From: an uncultured Alphaproteobacteria bacterium
GTDB lineage: Bacteria > Pseudomonadota > Alphaproteobacteria > RF32 > CAG-239
Length of the DNA: 64,000 nucleotides
Direction of reading: 5' to 3'
Assembly (NCBI GenBank): GCA_944392835.1
Contig: CALXYB010000003.1
Span: 73,389 to 137,388, forward strand
Shown: piece after piece, positions 59,697 to 64,000 of the stretch
Position numbering within the stretch: position 1 is the first letter of the stretch
How the letters are laid out: each line of letters opens with the position of its first letter
Program-made: the position numbers and the translations under genes
The notes under the pieces: model-generated
The model's database searches: none
What the model was told of the DNA's origin: nothing
What the model saw: only the letters and a program-made list of their open reading frames with translations

Positions 59697-62510
59697 TTAT
59701 AACTTTTGTTTCAAATATTTTGCTGTGTAGCTGATAGGGGATTTTGCCACTTCTTCAGGCGTACCTTGAGCAATAATTTTTCCGCCGCCATCTCCGCCTT
59801 CAGGGCCAAGATCTATGATATAATCTGCGGTCTTAATCACATCAAGATTATGCTCAATCACAACCACCGAGTTTCCCTGGTCAACCAAGGTGTGCAGAAC
59901 TTTGAGCAAGCGGTTGATATCTTCAAAATGCAAACCAGTAGTTGGTTCATCCAAAATATACAAGGTCTTGCCCGTTGCGCGTCTGGAAAGTTCTTTGGAG
60001 AGTTTGATACGTTGTGCTTCACCGCCCGAAAGTGTTGTTGCTTGTTGTCCGAGGTGGATATAACCGAGTCCGACCTTACGCAACAAATCAAGCCTATTTT
60101 TGATGGATGGAATAGCGTCAAAAAAGACATAAGCCTCATCAACGGTCATATCCAAAACATCGGCAATGGATTTATCCTTAAACTTAACTTCCAAAGTCTC
60201 GCGATTAAATCTTTTGCCTTTGCAAACATCACATTCCACATAAACATCGGGCAAAAAGTGCATCTCAATTTTGGTAACGCCATCACCCTTACAAGCTTCA
60301 CATCTTCCACCGGCGACGTTAAATGAAAATCTTCCGGCCGTATAACCGCGAGCCTTAGCTTCAGGCAAGTTGGCAAACCAATCTCTGATATAAGTAAACA
60401 AACCGGTATAAGTTGCAGGGTTAGAACGTGGTGTACGTCCGATGGGGGATTGGTCAATATCAATGATTTTATCAATATTTTCCGCCCCGATAAGCTTGTC
60501 ATATTTTCCGGCAGGTTCGCGACTGCCGTTAACTTCTTTGTTGAGGGCTTTGAACAAGGTTTCCAAAATAAGTGATGACTTTCCGCCGCCGGAAACACCC
60601 GTAACACAGGTGAGTGTGCCGAGCGGAATTTTAACATCCACATTTTTAAGGTTGTTTGTCTTTGCGCCTTTAAGCCCTATAAATTTGCCGTTGCCTTTGC
60701 GGCATTTGGCCGGAACGGCAATAAATCTTTCGCCGTTTAAGTATTGAGCCGTCAAACTATCAGGATTTTTAAGCACTTCCTCAACCGTGCCTTTTGCCAT
60801 AACTTGGCCGCCTTTCTCTCCTGCACCGGGACCCATATCCACCAAATAATCAGCTGCGCGAATAGCATCTTCATCATGCTCAACAACAATCACGGTATTA
60901 CCGATATCACGCAGGCGTGTCAGTGTTTCCAACAAACGGTCATTATCACGTTGATGAAGACCGATGGAGGGCTCATCCAAAACATACATAACCCCGGTTA
61001 AACCGGAGCCGATTTGCGAGGCTAAGCGAATACGTTGAGACTCACCGCCGGACAAAGTTCCTGATTGCCGATTAAGCGACAAATAATCAAGCCCGACATT
61101 ATTTAAAAAGCTTAAACGGTCAACAATTTCCTTAATGATTTTATGAGCGATTTCGGCTTTTTTCGGAGAGAGAGTTTTTTCCACGCCCATAAACCATTCA
61201 TGCGCTTTTTTAATAGACATTTCGGAAGCTTCCATAATATCAAGCCCATTAACCTTAACCGCCAGAGCTTCAGGCTTAAGTCTCTTGCCGCCACAAAATT
61301 CGCAAGGCGCAGCGGATTGATATTTTGAGAACTCTTCTCTGACCCAAGCGGAATCCGTTTCCAAAAAGCGCCTTTCCATATTGGGAATAACCCCTTCAAA
61401 AGGCTTGTCTGTCATAAAGCGAGAATAATACATCGGTACACAGACATTACCAGAGCCGTATAAAATAACTTTTTGTGCTTCTTCGGGAATATCTTTCCAC
61501 TTGGTAGAAGGCGAGATATTTAAGAATTGGCACAGAGAGTTAATCGTCTGCCCGTAAAAAGAAGAATGCGTTGTGTTCCAAGGCGCAATAGCCCCCTGAG
61601 AAAGAGACAAATTCGGGTTTGGAATAATCAAATCAGGGTCCATATAAAGCTTTGCCCCGATACCGTCGCAATGCGGACAAGCGCCGAACGGGTTATTAAA
61701 AGAAAATAATCGCGGCTCAATTTCTTCAATCGTAAAACCGGAAACAGGGCAGGCGAACTTGGAGGAAAAAACGGTGCGTTCTTTGTTGTCTGCATTTTCG
61801 GCATATACAATGCCGTTGCTAAGTTTTAAACCGGTTTCCAAAGATTGAGCCAAACGTTCGCTGATGCCGTCTTTGACCACAATACGGTCAACAACGACCT
61901 CAATGTCGTGTTTGAAGTTTTTGTTAAGCGTGGGCAGGTCTTCAATCGTATAAATTTCGCCGTCAATTTTTAAGCGTTGAAAACCTTGTTTCTGCAATGA
62001 TTCAAATTCTTTCTTAAATTCGCCTTTTTTGCCGCGAGCAATAGGGGATAGGAGCAAGAGTTTTGTCCCAAAAGGCATCTCCAAAATGCGGTCAACCATT
62101 TGAGAAACAGTTTGCGATTCAATCGGCAAGCCTGTTGCGGGAGAATAAGGTGTTCCGGCGCGTGCCCAAAGCAGACGCATATAATCATAGATTTCCGTAA
62201 CCGTACCCACTGTTGAACGCGGGTTGTGCGAGGTTGTCTTTTGTTCAATGGAGATAGCCGGCGAAAGTCCTTCAATAGAGTCAACATCAGGCTTTTTCAT
62301 CAGCTCCAAAAATTGGCGCGCATAAGCAGACAAACTTTCCACATATCGGCGTTGCCCTTCGGCATAAATTGTGTCAAACGCCAAAGAAGATTTTCCTGAG
62401 CCGGAAAGCCCCGTGATAACCGTCAGTTTGTCTTTGGGAATATTGATGTCCACATTTTTCAAATTGTGCTCTCTGGCACCTTTAATTTCAATAAATTTTT
62501 CGCTAGCCAT
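59697..62510 (-). CDS. uvrA: Excinuclease ABC subunit A.
   Basis: There are two ABC ATPase modules ([10 protein letters not shown] and [10 protein letters not shown]). Zn-finger Cys clusters are present. The start is chosen at [19 protein letters not shown]. The ORF-track 37-aa extension is an artefact. Confidence 0.9.
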   Translation of the reverse strand: MASEKFIEIKGAREHNLKNVDINIPKDKLTVITGLSGSGKSSLAFDTIYAEGQRRYVESLSAYARQFLELMKKPDVDSIEGLSPAISIEQKTTSHNPRSTVGTVTEIYDYMRLLWARAGTPYSPATGLPIESQTVSQMVDRILEMPFGTKLLLLSPIARGKKGEFKKEFESLQKQGFQRLKIDGEIYTIEDLPTLNKNFKHDIEVVVDRIVVKDGISERLAQSLETGLKLSNGIVYAENADNKERTVFSSKFACPVSGFTIEEIEPRLFSFNNPFGACPHCDGIGAKLYMDPDLIIPNPNLSLSQGAIAPWNTTHSSFYGQTINSLCQFLNISPSTKWKDIPEEAQKVILYGSGNVCVPMYYSRFMTDKPFEGVIPNMERRFLETDSAWVREEFSKYQSAAPCEFCGGKRLKPEALAVKVNGLDIMEASEMSIKKAHEWFMGVEKTLSPKKAEIAHKIIKEIVDRLSFLNNVGLDYLSLNRQSGTLSGGESQRIRLASQIGSGLTGVMYVLDEPSIGLHQRDNDRLLETLTRLRDIGNTVIVVEHDEDAIRAADYLVDMGPGAGEKGGQVMAKGTVEEVLKNPDSLTAQYLNGERFIAVPAKCRKGNGKFIGLKGAKTNNLKNVDVKIPLGTLTCVTGVSGGGKSSLILETLFKALNKEVNGSREPAGKYDKLIGAENIDKIIDIDQSPIGRTPRSNPATYTGLFTYIRDWFANLPEAKARGYTAGRFSFNVAGGRCEACKGDGVTKIEMHFLPDVYVECDVCKGKRFNRETLEVKFKDKSIADVLDMTVDEAYVFFDAIPSIKNRLDLLRKVGLGYIHLGQQATTLSGGEAQRIKLSKELSRRATGKTLYILDEPTTGLHFEDINRLLKVLHTLVDQGNSVVVIEHNLDVIKTADYIIDLGPEGGDGGGKIIAQGTPEEVAKSPISYTAKYLKQKL

Positions 62511-62635
62511 TTCAACCTCACTCAAATTGAGCATAATATAGATAATAGCAAGCATAAAGGCAAATAAAATTTTGTTGCAATTTGCGGCATTTTGATTATG
62601 ATGAACAAGTTGTTTAAACAATAAGAATTTGTTAT

Positions 62636-63754
62636 ATGTCGGGAACTTTTACTAAAATAATCTCAGCTTTGAGTTTGTTATTGCCATTTGGCGCATTGGC
62701 AGATGTCAATGTGGCTGTTGTTGCGCCCAAGGCCGGAGAATATAAAACTCTGGGTGATGAGATTATTTCCGGTGTTCGTATTGCCGTTGATGATATCAAT
62801 GCGCAAGGCGGGTTAAAAGGAGAAAAGATTAACCTGATTACGGTAGATGACCAATGTGATGATCGTTTAGCTGTTTCTACGGCGCAAATGATGGCGGTTA
62901 ACACATCGCCGACGGATAAAATGTCTTTGGTTATTGGTCCTTATTGTAATAATGCCTTTGACGAAGTTTCAGACATCTATGCCAAAGCCAAAATTTTTCA
63001 AATAATTCCAACGTCTATCTCAGCCAAGGAAGCAACAAAAAACCAAAAAGGTTTGGTTAAGATGGTTGGCTACAAGGACAGACAAGGCAAAGATTTCTAC
63101 AACTACTACAAACATCATTTTGCCAGCAAAAGAGTTGCTCTGGTTTATGACAGCAACAACCGTGAGGTCGTGGAGATTGCCGCCGCCATTCAAGGAGAGT
63201 TTCGCAAAGAAGGCAATGCCGACAAGCTTCGCGCATTTAGCTTTGAGACATATAATAATGACTATGACAAACTAGCCGAAGCCGTACTCAAAAACAACAT
63301 TGATTTAGCCTATATTCTTGGCCGTTCCGAGAGTATCGCCAAGCTTTCCAAAGAACTGAAGTCAGAAAACAAAGACTTTGTGATATTTACCAACAAATAT
63401 CAGGCGCAGGAAGATTTCAGTCGCATTATGGGAGATTTGGCTGAAGGCTCATATTTTATCGGCTTGCCTTCCTTAAAAGATAATCCGAACTTTGCCGAAA
63501 CTTTGGTCAAGCTGCGTTTGCTTGGGGTTGAGCCCAAAGGCTTGGCTGTTTACGGCTATTCAGCGGTCAAACTATGGGAAGAATTGGTTGAAAAAGCCGA
63601 TTCGTTTGCCTATGACAAATTAGCCTCGGTGCTGAATACCCAAACGCTGGACACAAGCTGGGGAGAAACCATGTTTAATAACGGAAATCCTGAAAATTCA
63701 GTCAATTATGGAATTTATCAGCTTCAGGCCGGTGAATATACACAGGTCTATTGA
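62636..63754 (+). CDS. Periplasmic substrate-binding protein, type I PBP fold (branched-chain amino acid LivJ/LivK-like), of an ABC transporter.
   Basis: A signal peptide is present. [50 protein letters not shown] matches the LivK family N-terminus. Confidence 0.65.
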   Translation: MSGTFTKIISALSLLLPFGALADVNVAVVAPKAGEYKTLGDEIISGVRIAVDDINAQGGLKGEKINLITVDDQCDDRLAVSTAQMMAVNTSPTDKMSLVIGPYCNNAFDEVSDIYAKAKIFQIIPTSISAKEATKNQKGLVKMVGYKDRQGKDFYNYYKHHFASKRVALVYDSNNREVVEIAAAIQGEFRKEGNADKLRAFSFETYNNDYDKLAEAVLKNNIDLAYILGRSESIAKLSKELKSENKDFVIFTNKYQAQEDFSRIMGDLAEGSYFIGLPSLKDNPNFAETLVKLRLLGVEPKGLAVYGYSAVKLWEELVEKADSFAYDKLASVLNTQTLDTSWGETMFNNGNPENSVNYGIYQLQAGEYTQVY

Positions 63755-63832
63755 TTTTGGTTTTAATCTCAATTTTTTCATATTATATTACACGATAGTT
63801 TTTAATTCATAGTAATAAGGTAAAATCTGTTA

Positions 63833-64000
63833 TGGTTGGAAGTATAAATAAAGTCATTTTGGTTGGCAATTTGGGTGCAGATCCGAAGGTCAGCAACACC
63901 GCCAGCGGCACAAAAATTGTTAACTTAAACATTGCCACTTCTGATAGCTGGAAAGACAAGGTCTCCGGCGAAAGAAAAGAGCGCACGGAATGGCACCGCG
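63833..64000 (+). CDS. ssb: Single-stranded DNA-binding protein, 5' portion. It runs off the window edge.
   Basis: NKVILVGNLGADPKV...TEWHR is the canonical SSB OB-fold N-terminus. uvrA lies nearby, divergently transcribed. Confidence 0.8.

Overview
The gene content and order suggest an alphaproteobacterium, possibly an intracellular or endosymbiotic lineage; the window is AT-rich (roughly 38-40% GC) and mostly housekeeping. Alphaproteobacterial signatures include priA-atpHAGDC, yceD-rpmF-plsX-fabH-ihfA-merR, birA-rnj directly after nuoN, and divergent recG/mfd. Main features, left to right: a GGGtGRT-family protein; tRNA-Lys(UUU) with a tandemly duplicated 3'-end/terminator segment; an operon of three highly divergent NuoL/NuoM/NuoN-like antiporter subunits with no other nuo genes upstream; birA and RNase J; tatA, nagZ, an M50 protease and a SPOR protein on the minus strand; dgt, xthA, rnr and an S41 peptidase; rpmG; xerC; priA; the atpHAGDC operon; a nitroreductase; glmS with an LbH acetyltransferase; a divergent aas/fadL lipid-uptake pair; an XRE regulator next to a candidate ~170-nt sRNA with its own sigma70-like promoter and intrinsic terminator; recG and mfd, the latter with a co-transcribed TerB-like ORF; bamE; a tRNA-Pro(GGG) flanked by tRNA half-fragments and a ~3.7-kb low-complexity region (HAD hydrolase, 655-aa orphan protein, membrane protein); ppa; a five-gene glycosyltransferase/acetyltransferase cluster (GT2, GT-A, LbH, GT-D/DUF1792, RgpF); pgpA; a bifunctional AdhE; a histidine phosphatase; uvrA; a LivK-like binding protein; and the start of ssb. 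No rRNA or CRISPR array was seen. All calls rest on visual motif recognition and recalled family knowledge, not searches. Between about 59.7 and 63.7 kb my hand-counted positions disagree by 1 nt with the ORF table, so non-ORF coordinates there are +/-1.
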